From positions 137,516,001-137,580,000 of the forward strand of contig JANJGN010000005.1 of assembly GCA_026770705.1 (NCBI GenBank): a DNA stretch of 64,000 nt, in the 5' to 3' direction. A program made the position numbers and the translations under genes. The notes under the pieces are model-generated. The model was given only the letters and a program-made list of their open reading frames with translations, was not told the origin of the DNA and made no database searches. Source of the stretch: Isurus oxyrinchus. Taxonomy: Eukaryota. Each line of letters starts with the position of its first letter. Position 1 is the first letter of the stretch. This document shows positions 1-12,628 of the stretch, piece by piece.

Positions 1-589
1 CGCTACTACATGTTTAAATATCATTTAACGATAGATGTTGCATTTTGAAGATGGTACTGCAGTTAACAACGTGAACAGACCTTGCCACTTTTTAAGTTAA
101 TGTTATATAGTAAGAGAAATGACTGAAAATATTGTGGCTTAATAAAGCTGGCTAAGGAACTGATGTGGAAAAACGTTTTCTTTCCAAATTTCTCAATTTC
201 TGAAGTGCGAGAGTACTTCTTTGCAACCTTCCAGTAACTTGAACAGTGACAAATCTACATGTGATTCAAAACAGTAAGGTTTATTCTCTTGTCCAACACC
301 ACTCATTCTGATAATGGGCAAGGCACACACATGTATCCTTGCTTTAAAAGGAAACAAAATACTGTAGGTGCTAGAAATCTATAAGAAAAATAGAAGTTAT
401 AATTATTCAACAGGTGAGGTAGCATCTGTGGTAAGTGAATTGCATTTAATGTATTGAGGGAGAAGAATTGAGCATTGTTCTTAATACTTCATGTCTATTT
501 TCACAAAAGAGGGGGACAGCGCGAACATTGGAGGATAGTGAAATATTGGATGGTATAAACAGAGTCAGGAACTAAGTATGAGGGAGTTT

Positions 590-1325
590 AGCAGCTTTGA
601 AAATGAATAAACCATTAGGCCCGATGCAATGTATTCCAGGCTATGAGGGAAGCAAGGGGAGAAATAGAGGTTCTGACCATTGATTTCCAATTCTCTGACT
701 ACAGGTTTGGTGTTAGAAGATGGTTAATGTTGTACTGTTGTCTAAAAAGGAAGGGATAAACTGAGTAATTGCAGACCAGCCAGCCAGCCTAACCTCAGTG
801 GTGGATAAATTATTGCAAAAGGTTCTGAAGGACAGTATAAATCACCATTTAGAAACTCGTGGATTAATCAAGGACAGTCAGCATGGATTTGTTAAGTGGA
901 GGTCTTGTCTGACTAAAATAAGCGGAAATGCTGGAAAAACTCAAGTCTGGTAGGATCTGTGGAGAGAGAAACAGCTAAGGCTTCAAGTCCGTATAACTTC
1001 TTCAGTATTATTCTTGTCTGACTAACTTGATTTAATTTTTTTGATGAGGTAACAAGGAGAGTCAATAAGAATGCTGTCTTTAATAGATTTTAGCAAGGCT
1101 TTTGACAAGGTCCTGATCAGTAAAGTAAAAACTTGTGGGATCCAAGACGAAAAGGAAAGTTGGAGCCAAAATTGGCTCGGTGGCAGGAAGCAAAAGATAA
1201 TAGATGCCGGGTATTTTTGTGACTGCCAGGCTGTTTCCTGTGGGGGTTCCATAAGGCTCAGAACTGGTTTCCTTGTTTTTCATGGTACAAATCAATGGTT
1301 TAGTCTTAAATGTAGGGGCATCTTT
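590..1325 (+). mobile_element. Degenerate CR1 LINE RT fragment
   Basis: SQHGF..RSCLTNL and DFSKAFDKV-type motifs with stops and frameshifts. Confidence 0.8.
917..1011 (-). mobile_element. Short Penelope-like pLTR fragment inserted in CR1
   Basis: gctggaaaaactca...tctgtggagagagaaacag pLTR motif, flanked by the 14 bp duplication tcttgtctgactaa (903-916 and 1012-1025). Confidence 0.75.
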
Positions 1326-1326
1326 T

Positions 1327-2160
1327 TATAGTTGTAGTTTGTTGAGGTTAACAATCCATTCAACAGCTTCAGCTGATGCAGTGTGAATGGTTGTGATGGA
1401 GATCTTAGCAGAAGTTCAGGATATGGGCTTGACTTGAATGATCATAGTCACAATTTGAGTTGTTCCACGTGGCCACATCTTCCTTGGCCCATTCTTAACT
1501 GGTTGAGGGTTGTCTAGATTTCCCATGGAAGGTTGAACCTTGGGACTTTACCACTCGAGTCAGTAACCAGGTTGCATTGGGCGACGTTTGCAATCAACCA
1601 GGAAATGTATCATCAAGATATGGGGCTGTTGTCAGCTTGTAGGGTGTGATGTGTGTTCTAGTAGGGGCTATGGGATTTCAGGTGAGTGTGTGAGGTTTTT
1701 TAAGGTCCTGTGTCGATGGGAGTACTTTGTTAGTTGAGGAGGATGTTTTCCCTGCAGGCATCAGGTGGTTCAACATGATCTAATACAGGAAGCCACTCAA
1801 ACTGTGTTGGTCTCAACATACCAGAAATAATCCTCATGGCTCCTCAGAGGCGGATATCTACCACGTTTGTGTGGCAGCCTCTGAGCCAGGTTGAGCAGCA
1901 GTATTCTGCTGTTAAGGAGATCAAAGCGAGTGAAGCAGTGCATAGTGTTTTGGCTCCGTTGCCAATGGTGGTATCTGCCAGTTTCCATATTAGGTTCACT
2001 CTTGTCTGGACCTTGGCTCCAGTGTTCTGGAGGTATTGCTGGTCGGTCAATGGTTCAGTGATGCCGAGGTATTTTGATGTTGGATTGTGTGTGAGTGATT
2101 GGCTGTAGAACTGGACATTAAGTTCTTCCCTGGCCTTCAATTCCTTCAGGTTGAAGGCTG
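1327..2160 (-). mobile_element. Vingi/Ingi-like (I group) LINE, 3' part
   Basis: KYLGIT...AKVQTRVNLIWKLADTT.GNGAKTLCTASLALISLTAEYCCSTW motif typical of the Vingi post-RT region. C-terminus ...IHTASAEAVEWIVNLNKLQL*. Confidence 0.7.
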
Positions 2161-2162
2161 GA

Positions 2163-5100
2163 ATAATTAGGAGCAGGAGGAGGGCACTCGGCCCCTTGAG
2201 CCGGCTCTGCCTTTCAATAAGATCATGGCTAATCTGAATGTAACCTTAACCCCACATTCCTGCCTACCCCAGATAACCTTCCACCTCCTTGTTAATCAAG
2301 AATCTATCCAGCTCTGCTTTAAAAACATTCAAAGATTCTGCTTCCATTGCCTTTGGAAGAAGACAGTTCCAAAGACTCTCAACCCTCTGAGAGAAAAAAA
2401 TTCTCCTCACCTATGTCTTGAATGAGCGACCCCTTATTTTTAAACACTGACCTCTAGTTCTAGATTCGCCTACAAGAGGAAACTCCTCTCCATATCCACC
2501 CTGTCAGACCACTCGGGATCTTAAGATTTCAGTTAAGTTACCTCTTACTCTTCTAAATTGCAGTGGATGCAAGCCTAACCTGTCCAGCCTTTCCTCATAA
2601 GATAACCTGCCCATTCCTGATATTAGCCTAGTAAGCCTTCTCTGAACTGCTAACGCATTTAAATATGGAGATATTAGCACACTGGAGAGGGATGATGTGT
2701 GTTTAGATACAGAGCCTTTAATTTGGTCTTTTATTATTTTTGTAGCATCGAGCCTTATGTGCTGATTTACTCTTAGAATTGTACTCTCTGCCCCTTCCTG
2801 TTATAATCTGTTTATCATTTCCCATTCTAACACCTTTCTGTCTTGTCTTTTCTTTTTGGTCCTTAAATAAGGAGACCAGTACTGTACACGATACTCCAGG
2901 TATGGTCTTACCAATGTCCAAATACAACTGAAGCATAACCCCCCTACTTTTGTACTCAATTCCCCTCACGATAAATGATAACATTCTATTAGCTTTCCTA
3001 ATTCCCTGCTGTACCCGCATACTAACATTTTGTGATTCATGCACGAGGACACCCAGATCCCTCTGAATCTCAGCTCTGCAATCTCACCATTTGGATAATA
3101 AGCTTTTTTATTCTTCCTGCCAAAATGAATAATTTCACATTTTCCCACATTATACTCCATTTGCCAGGTCTTTGCCCACTCACTTAACCTATCCATGTCA
3201 CTTTGTAGCTTCCTTACATCCTCTTTACAATTTACTTTCCTACCTATCTTTATGTCGTCAGCAAATTTGGCAACCATTCCTTTGGTTCCTTCATCCAAGT
3301 CATTTATGGAAATTGTAAAAAGCTGAGGCCCCAGCACTGATCCCTGTGGCACACCACTCATCACCTGCCAACTAGAAAAAGACCCATTTATGCAATCTCG
3401 CTGTATCCTGTTAGCTAGCCAATCTTCTATCCATGCCAATATGTTACCCCCTACACCATGCGTTTTTATTTTTCGTAATAACCTTTGATGTAGCACATTA
3501 CCAGATGCCTTCTGGAAATCTAAGTACAGTACATCCACTGGTTCATTTATCCACAGCACATGTGACTCCTTCAAAGAACTCCAATAAATTGGTTAAGCAT
3601 GACTTCCCTTTTAGAAAACCATGTTGACTCTGCCTGATTGCTGTGACATTTTCTAAGTGCCCTGTTATAACTTATTTTATAATAGCTTCTAATATTTTTC
3701 CTATGACGGATGTTAGGCTGACTGGTCTGTAGATTCCTGCTTTCTGTGTGTCTCCCTTTTTGGGTAAAGGAGTTACATTTGCTATTTTCCATTCCAATGG
3801 AATCTTCCCTAAATCTAGGGAATTTTGAAAAATTAAAACCAATGCATCAACTATCTCACTAGCCACTTCTTTCAAGACCTTAGGGTGAAGTCCATCCAGA
3901 CCTAGGGATTTGTCAGCCCGCAGGCCCAACAATTTGCTTAATACCACTTCCCTGATTATTGTAATTTTCCCCAAGATCCTCCCTCCTTCCCATTTTACAG
4001 CTATTTCCGGGATATTACTTGTGTCCTCTGTAGTGAAGACTAAAACAAAGTATCTGTTTAACTCATCTATCATCTTCCTACTTTCCATTATCAATTCCCC
4101 AGGCGCACTTTCTATCGGACCAATGCTTACTTTTTAAATTTTCTTATTTAAATATCTATATAAAACTCTTACTATCCATCTTTACGTTACTAGCTAGATT
4201 TCTCTCATACTCTAATTTTTCCCTCAATCTTTTTGTTATCCTTTGCTGTTCCTTACATTCTTTTCAATCTTCTGCCCTGCCACCCGTCTTTGTGTAATTA
4301 TATGCTTTTTCTTTAAGTTTGATACTGTCTTTAACTTCTTTAGTTAACCACAAATGGTGGTCCCTCCCCTTGGAATTTCTCTTCCTCATTGGAATGTATA
4401 TATTCTGCGTATTCTGAAATATCCCTTACGTGTCTGCCACCGAAGCTCTATTGATCTATCCTATATCCTCTTTACTTCAGCTAGCTCTGCTTTCATGCCC
4501 TCATAATTGCTGCTATTTAAGTTTAAAATACTAGTTTTGAATGCACTTGTTTCTCCCTCAAAGTGAATGTAAAATTATGATTGCTGCTACCTTGGGATGC
4601 CTTTGGTATGAGATTATCAATTAACCCGACCTCGTTGCTCAATACCAAGTCTAGTAAAGCCTGCTCTCTGGTTGGCTCCAAAACGTGTTGTTCTAAGAAA
4701 CTATCCCAAAAACATTCTATGAACTCCTCATCTATGCTATCTCTACCCATCTGATTTTTCCAGTCTATATGTAGATTAAAATCCGCCATGATTATTGCTG
4801 TACCTTTATGGCAAGCTCCCATTATCTCTTTTATACCCTGTCCTTCGTGTAGTTACAATTAGGGAGCCTGTACACCTCTCCCACAAGTGACTTCTTGCCG
4901 TTACCATTCCTCATCTCAATCCAAACCGCTTCTACATGCTGGTTTCCTGAACTTAGGTTATACCCCTCTAATGTGTTAACACCATCATTAATTAACAGAA
5001 CCACCCCTCCACCTTTTCCTAACTTCTTGTCCTTCCTAAATGTCAAGTATCCTTCAATATTCAGGTCCCAATCTATGTCATACTGTAGCCATATCTCTGT

Positions 5101-5853
5101 AATAGCTATCAGATCATACTTATTTATTTCTATTTGCGCTTTCAGCTCATCTCTTTTGCTTTTAGATACAGAGCCTTTAGTTTGGTCTTTTGTTATTTTT
5201 GTAGCGTTGAGCCTTATCTGCTGATTTACTCTTGGAGTTGTACTCTCTGCCCCTTCCTGTTACAGTTTGCTTATCATTTCCCATATTAACGCCTTTCTTG
5301 CCTTGTCTCTACTCTTCAATTTACCACATCTTCCCAAATTTGATCCCTTGCCCCCGCTATTCAGTTTAAAATCCTCTCTCCTTCCCTAGTTATGTGGCTC
5401 GCAAGGATACCAGCCCCAGCCCGGTTCAGGTGTAGACTGTCCCAGTGGTACAGATCCCTCTTTCCCCAATACTGGTGCCATTGCCCCACAAACTGGAATG
5501 TACTTTTCCCACACCAGTCTTTGAGCCACACATTCATTTCTCTAATCTAATTTGTCCTATGCCAATTTGCACATGGCTCAGGGTAATAATCCTGAGATTA
5601 TTACATTTGAGCTTCTGCTTCCTAATTTGGTACCTAGCTCGTCATACTGACTATGCAAAGCCTCCTTGCTCACCCTGCCTATGTCTTTGGTACCTATATG
5701 GACCATGACCACTGGATCCTCACCCTCCAATGGCAAGTTCCTCTCCAGCCCTGAGCAGATGTCCGGAACCCTGGCAGGCACTGGGCAGGCAACAAAGCCA
5801 TTTGGACTCTTGCTCTTTGCTACAGAGAACAAAATATTCCCCCAAAAAGACAC
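2163..5853 (-). mobile_element. Near-full-length degenerate CR1 LINE (ORF1 SGNH esterase end, APE, RT, 3' UTR)
   Basis: ORF pieces PARVPD...VMVHIGTKDIG (ORF1 esterase), GKGGGVVLLI and ADFNLH (APE), YRPVSLTS and GVPQGSVLGP...KFADD (RT). CR1 3' end near 2163. Confidence 0.92.
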
Positions 5854-6614
5854 ACCACTTGGTCAGACCCACAAGTAAACACCTTCCAGGCAACACTCCC
5901 TTATGGATGTTTAACTATAAAAATCCTGTAGTATTACCCAAGAGGCCAGCTGCTGTAGCTTTAATAAAAGCACACTACATGACATCTTAAACTCTCTTCC
6001 ACACTGCTGTGAAAATCCAAACTTCAGAATAAAACTGCTTTTTGCAGCCCAAGTCTTTTCTGGCTTGACTGGGTGGCTGATTGAAACCTGCACCCTCTTC
6101 CAGCCCAGACCTCCAGCTATAGCTCCAGCTGTTATATCTCACAGCTCTAGCCCCAGTTCAACAGCTACCCTAAGCCTCTCCAAAGTAACTCTAAAATATC
6201 TTTTTCCCCTTTCATCTCAAGTTTTATTGTTCTCACACCTCTTTGAAACTCAAATCCTTCCAAATGCAAAATCTTTCATGTCTCTATTTTGTCTTTGCTT
6301 TCAGGTCAATAAAATATAATATCCCCACTTCTGTTTACCTATGGAACTCCTGCAAAATGCAAACATGTCTCTCGGCACTTCTGGTTTCCCTTTGCTATTC
6401 AAACAAACTGTCCAATTATCTAAAAATGCAAAGGTTAGATCCAACCTATTGTACCTCAAACCTAACACCCCTGTCCTTTCTATGCTTAAAGCCCTCCAGA
6501 CAACCTGTCTCCTATTGATCTCTGTCCAGCTTAATTAAATCATACACGCACACACACACACAGTCGTCTTCACAGAATAACACAATTTTCTCCAAAAATA
6601 TTTTTTAAAAAACA

Positions 6615-7480
6615 CCCATTTCTCACAGTGCTAGATGTTTGGCAAGATGCCTGTGCTGTGGATTTTGGTAAAATGGCTTTGCAAGCCACTTCTTTCCCTG
6701 TGCTTCTATGTTCCTCAGGAATTCTAAGTAAATCCCTTTGACCCATGTTGCTTTGCCTGACTTGGTTGTCAGGGCAGTGTCTGCTTCCTCATAGGTGTAA
6801 GTGCTTGAGAAATCTGTCTGCTGTGGGGCATCCTTGAGAACCTCAGGGCTGTTTTTACTGTCCACTTATCCTCCTGGCTTGAGTGCATGAAGTCAATCTA
6901 CTCTGCTGTTTCCTGCCATCTTATGAGTCACTTCGTCAAGGGACTCAGTGTTATTGCCACATGGGGGTCTTCATTTTCCTGTGGTCTTCCAGGAGCCGTT
7001 CACTTTCCAGGGTCCAGCAGTGGATGAAAGATTTTCTGAAGCCCAGGAAACAAATCTGGTGGCTGCCAGTTTGAGAAGTCGAGTAAAGTAGTTGTGTGTG
7101 TGTGTCTGTGTGTGTGTGTCTGTGTGTGTGTGTCTGTGTGTGTGTGTATGTGTGTGTCTGTCAATGAGTCGGTACCCTGGACAGCTGTACTGGCCCACGA
7201 GGTGCGTTTCTTGCGGGGTGACCTTGGCCACATGCATGTTAGCGTTCTTTTGTGGGTAGCTCACGTTTTGTGTACGATAGGCCTTTAACATCGAGCTAGT
7301 ATATTCCCGTTGCTGGTCCTGTTTCTTGGCTTTGCTGTCCTTGAGAGAATCCATTGTCCAGTGGGTTTTTACTGCTTGGACTGAGAGCCTGGTGACAGGG
7401 TTGCCATCTAGACAGCATTATTTTTGCAGGTTTTCCATTTGGAAAAGTTACTTTAACATGAAGACGATGTGAAGGTTTCT
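6615..7480 (-). mobile_element. Vingi-like LINE, 5' fragments (APE start, pre-RT region)
   Basis: Remnants ..LDVKGLS../..QETH.. (APE) and TTKSGKATWVKGIYLEFLRNI (pre-RT). Same strand as 1327-2160, so probably one element split by insertions. Confidence 0.5.
7093..7160. repeat. (TG)n microsatellite, imperfect
   Basis: Directly visible dinucleotide run. Confidence 0.97.
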
Positions 7481-7494
7481 GCCTTCCTTCTGCA

Positions 7495-8390
7495 GTTTGC
7501 AGAAAATACAAAACATGGCTGTGTGGTTGAGAGTGAGGAAGAAATTGCAGACTGTAGGAAGGTGTCGATGGGCTGATCAGCTTGGCAGAAAAGTGGCAAA
7601 TTGAATTTCATTAAGCAAAGTATGAAATATATAATTGGGGAGGGCAAACAAGGAAAGGCAATAGACAAATTGTAGGATACCGAGAAGGTAAAGGAGCAGA
7701 GTGACCTCGGATTGTATCACCACAGTTCCCTGAAGTTTGCAGGACAGATAGATAAGGTTGTTGAGAAGGCATATGGGATGCTTTCTTTTATTAACTGAGA
7801 CCTAGAATATATGACCAAGGAGCTTATGTGAGAACTCGATAAAATACTAGTGATGCCACAGCTAGAGTACTGCGTACAGTTCTGGGCACATTACTGGAAG
7901 GATGTGATCACACTTGAAAGGTAGAGAGGAAATTTCTGAGGATGTAAGAATGTAAGTAAGAATGGCAAATTTTTGCTATGTGGTAAGATTGGCTAGACTG
8001 GGATTGTTTTCTTTGGAACTGAGGGGAAATCTAATTGGAATGTATAAAAGCATGAGGCATTTAGATTGAGTGGATAAGAAAAAACTATTTCCCTTAATAT
8101 GGAGGTCAATAATCAGGTTTTAAAGTAATTGACAGAAGAATTAGAGGAGAGCTGAGGAGAATTTTTTTTTAGCCAGAGGGTAGTGGGGGCCTGGAACTCT
8201 CTGCCTGTAACTGGAGTAGAGGCAGAAACCCTCATCACACTTAGGAAGAATACTTAGATGTGCATTTTAAGTGCTTGAACCTACATGGCTATGGCCAAGA
8301 ACCGAAAAATGAGATTAGGCTGGATTGCTCTTTTATGGCAAGCATATATACAATGGGCCAGATGGCCTCCTGTGTCATAAATTTTCTAAT
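7495..8390 (+). mobile_element. CR1 LINE 3' fragment
   Basis: KWQIEF, LEYCVQFW and FFSQRVVGAWNSL remnants plus CR1 3' UTR. Confidence 0.85.
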
Positions 8391-8404
8391 TTTTCTCTAT
8401 TTCG

Positions 8405-11180
8405 ATGTTTAATGTTTCAGGTTGATGAGCTTTCATCAGAACTGAAAGAATTTAAAGATGCAGCAGATTTAAGCAAGCACAAAAGCGAGAAACAGGGCGG
8501 GTAGGAAAGTGCAAAAGGGAAGGCTTGTGATATGGTGGTTAAAAACAGGAGAGATTAAATGGCAAAAGGAAGGTGATAAGGTGGTTAAAAAAGCAGGAGA
8601 GATTAAATGGCAAAAGGAATGGTGGTGCAAGACAAAAAGAGGCAGTGGATAGGACAAGTCTAGAGCAGGTGTAAACAGAAATAGTAGAATCATTATCAAC
8701 AGCAGCTGTCTGAGAAAATGGACAGTTATGATCTGAAATTATCGAACTTACTGGAGTCCAGAAGGCTGTAAAGTGCCTAATTCAAAGAGGAGGTGCTGTT
8801 CTTCAAGCTTATGTTGAACTTCATTGGAACCTTGAAGAGACTTGGGTCAGACTGGGAGTGAGGCAGGGAATTAAAATGACAGGTGACTGGAAGCTACAGG
8901 TTATACTTGCAGGCTGCATATAGTTGTACTGCAAAGCCACTGCCACTAAGTCTGCAACACTTCATTCTCAGAACTAATCCTAATATTCTCTTTAAACCTA
9001 CAGACAAGGGTGGCGCTGGTGTTGTTTGCCCAGCTGACCTCTACCTTCCAGAGACTGAACGACGACAACTCTATTACACCTCCTCCTACAGCCTCCTAGA
9101 ATGTGACCCTCCATTGAACATGTCTTCGTTTCCAAGAATCTAACTGACTTAATCTCTGGGGTTCTTTCTCACAGCTTCTAATCTGATAGGTCCCCAACCC
9201 CATGTAGCCTGCTTTTATTCACAAGAGTCACAAACAGGACCACCCTGGGAGGCCTATCATTTCAGCCTGTCCTTGCCATACAGAAAGGACTTCCTCCCAT
9301 CTCCCCTTGTCTAGACGTCTTTCCCACTTATATCTGTACCTCTTGTATTCCTTCCGCCAATTTAAAAGTTTCCTGGATCTAACTATCCTCTTTTCACTAA
9401 CCCTTTCAACACTTCCTTTCCCACCAGAATGGCCTGAAGGCCTTGTGCTTCTTCCACGATCGGAGGTCCAACCAATCCCCATTCACTGCCCTTCCCGCCT
9501 TGCTGAACTTGTCCTTGTATTGAAAGCTTATTCTTTGACTGCACTCACTTCCTCCAAGTAAAGAGTGTTGCTATGGAGAATCACATGGGTCACAGCTATG
9601 TTTGCCTTTTCATGAAATATGTGGAACGTTGTTTGTTCCAATCCTACTTGGGTCCCCTCTCTTCTTTTTTTCAGTACATTAATGCCTGATTATCTCCTGA
9701 TTCTCCTCCATGTTGCTGCTATTCTGCGTTTCCTGCTCCCACCCCAAACTGGAAAGTTTAATCAACTTTGCTTTCAATTTCTACTTTTCCCTTGTCTTCA
9801 CATGAACCATCTCTGACTCTCTCCTTCCCTTACTTTTCAGTCTCCATTTTTGGGGATAATTCATCCACTATAATTACACTGACCCTCATACCTTTCCTAT
9901 ACTGCCCCCCACCCCACTGTTTCCTTCGGTAAAGATTTTATTCTATTCTCCTAGTTCCTCTGTCTCCATTGCATCTGTTCTGATAATGCTACTTTTCATG
10001 CCACTGCTTCTGATATGTTTTCCTTTTGACTTAACTGAGGATTTCCTTTTACATGGTTGACAGGGCCCTCAACTGTGTCCATTCTATTTCCTTAACTTTT
10101 TCTCTCGCCCCTTCCTCTCCCACCCAGGACCACATTAGGATTCCCCTTGTCCTCAACTTCTACCCCACCAGCTTCCAGATTCAACAGATTGTTCTCCATT
10201 AGGAGCAACAGGTTACCACCACCACCAGCATGTTACCACTGGCAAATGTTCCTTCCCCTTTTCAGCATTTCCTCCATGATACTTTGCTCCACTCCTGAAT
10301 CATCCCCAACACCCCCTCCTTTCCCATGGCACCTTCCTGTGCAAGCATGGGAGAACAACACTGCCCTTTCACCTCTTCCTTTCTCACTGTCCAGAGCCTC
10401 AAACATCTTTTCAGATGAATCAGCAATTTACTTGTACTCCTTTCAATTTAATACCCTGTATTTACTGCTCACAATGTGGTCTCCTCCACACCTGGGAAAC
10501 CAAGCACAAATTGGGTGACCACTTTGCCAAACACATCTGTTCAGTCTGCAAGGTAGCCTGGAGTTTCCGGTTGCCTGTTATTTTGATTCCTTGTGCCACT
10601 CCAACCCTGCCCTCTCTATTCATGGCCTCCTAAACTGTTCTAATGAAGCTTAATGTAAGCTCGAGGAACAGCACCTCATCTTTTGAATAGACACTTAAGC
10701 CTTCCAGACTGGACATTGAGTTCAACAATTTTACACCATAAACACTGCCCGAGGATCAGCACCTCATCTTTTGAATAGACACTTAAGCCTTCCAGACTGG
10801 ACATTGAGTTCAACAATTTTACACCATAAACACTGCCCTATTTTTCAGAGAGCAGCTATTGACAATGATACCGCCTGTCCATTTCGACCTCCTCTTGACA
10901 CACCTTTTGTTCCTTTATATGTCCCATTGTTATCTCCTGTGTCTTGCACCATCATCCCTTTGTCATTTAACCTCTCCTGCCTTCCACTCAATCACAGACC
11001 TTCCCTTTTGTTTTTTCCTCCCCTCTTCCCATTACCTGCTTCTCCACTTGCTTAAAACCTGTTACAACTCTTAACATTTTCCAGTTCAGATGAGAGGCCA
11101 TTAACCTGAAAGGTTAACACTTTCTCTCTCCACAAATGCTGCCTGACCTGCTGACTATTTATGGCATTTTCTGTTTTTAT
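8405..11180. mobile_element. Old Penelope-like element (family A): inverted 3' piece (8405-8935, -) plus RT/GIY-YIG body and pLTR (8940-11180, +)
   Basis: KPTDKGGAGVV (PLE RT N-term), GRPIISAC, and QQFTC..NLIPCIYCSQCGLLHTWETKHKLGDHF (GIY-YIG). pLTR motif at both outer ends in inverted orientation. Confidence 0.85.
8407..8443 (-). ncRNA. Minimal type I hammerhead ribozyme-like motif in PLE pLTR (degenerate)
   Basis: Minus strand reads AGTT-CTGATGA-AAGCTCATCAACCT-GAAA-CA-TTA-AAC. The core is intact; the stems are decayed. Confidence 0.5.
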
Positions 11181-11232
11181 TACCCCTGTTTAAAAATGTT
11201 TCACCCAGTGACCCACTGTTGGCTCAAAGCAC

Positions 11233-12088
11233 TGTTATGAGCTTGGTAGAGTCCAGTAACTTTAAAAAAAATTTTGAACTCCCAATTATTGACTGAAATA
11301 ATTATGCCACAAGATTTCACATTTTAAACAAAATATTTTACTCTCCAAGAGTTAAAGTACTACTAACCTAACACTATATTTCTTGAATACTTATACTTCA
11401 CACCTGAAAACCTCAACTGACCACTCCTCATTCTACTTTTATTTCTACCCAAGAGTTTCCCTATACTTACAGGATCGACCTTGAGGGTTCCTTCACTTCT
11501 CCTGGGATCAAACCAAGGTGTGCCGCAACTCTCAAGGAATCACTTTGATTCTCCTCAGTGTCCCTGCCATTCTCTGAGGTATGAGATTTCTTCAGGTCCT
11601 TCCACTAACATCTGGCTAGGCGAACTGTCCAACTGTCCTTCAAAACCTCACAATTATGGACTCTCCAGCTCAGGCATGGACCTCACTGCATTCCTACCTA
11701 GTGACTTCAAATCAAATACCCCTGGTTTCTGATAGCCCTCTGTTCCTAGCACCACGCTTTATAGCTCCTGGCAGATTCCCAAACCTTCCCTTTGTTCTGG
11801 GAAGCTATTTGAAGAACTTAAACTCCTTATTGAGGCAGCTGTAAACATCCCATCTCCATCAAGAAGCTCAGAGAGGTAATCCATTGTTTTGTTTCCAATA
11901 ATTCCCACTATGATCTTTATAAAATAAGCATAGGCCACCCTTTGATTTGCAACCACTCTAGGTCTGTTTACTAGCTCAAACCTTCTCAAACCAGGTGTTT
12001 TCATTTAGCTTACATTTTAAAAATTTCAATTCCCAAACTAAAAGTTAGACTCTTAAAACATGAATCATAAAATGAGATATTTGTAACA
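11233..12088. mobile_element. Possible solo LTR
   Basis: TGTTATGA...TTGTAACA inverted termini with near-duplicated flanks gcac/gaac. No coding sequence. Confidence 0.35.
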
Positions 12089-12628
12089 GAACTCCATTTG
12101 GAAAGTTCTTTTAAGGAACCTAAATGTCACTTTCAAATGATGTACTAAGTGGAAAGAATGACTTTCAAATGCAGCCAATTCCTATTTAGTGAGAGATCCA
12201 ACAATCCACACCCCTGGTTTGTACCCCACTCTCTGGATAGAACTCAATTGCTTTAGATGTGCAGCAATTAACTGTTGAGGCCTTTGTGAACCTTTTGCTG
12301 CGGCCAGTTAGAAGATGTGGGTCACAGATTTTTTAAGCCCCACAAACGCACGCACACATAGCCAGGGGCTGCTTGATGACATAATATTCTTCACCAGGCT
12401 ATTGAACGGTTAGAACACTTGGATATAAATACAATTGCAATTTTTTAAAAAACTAAGCTATTTGTTCATGAAGGAAGTCATTGCCAAGACCAAGCTTTTT
12501 CTCACCTGATATCTGTCCTTGGACTCTTGCCAACAAAGACCATTGGATACTGTTCAGGTGAAAGCACTAGCTAATTTTATCCTATTCCTTGCCTTGGAGA
12601 GCTGAGGCTCCAACTACAGCCATAGTTG

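Noticed and set aside
2966-5853. CR1 ORFs as functional protein-coding genes
   Set aside because: Fragmented by stops and frameshifts; dead retroelement.
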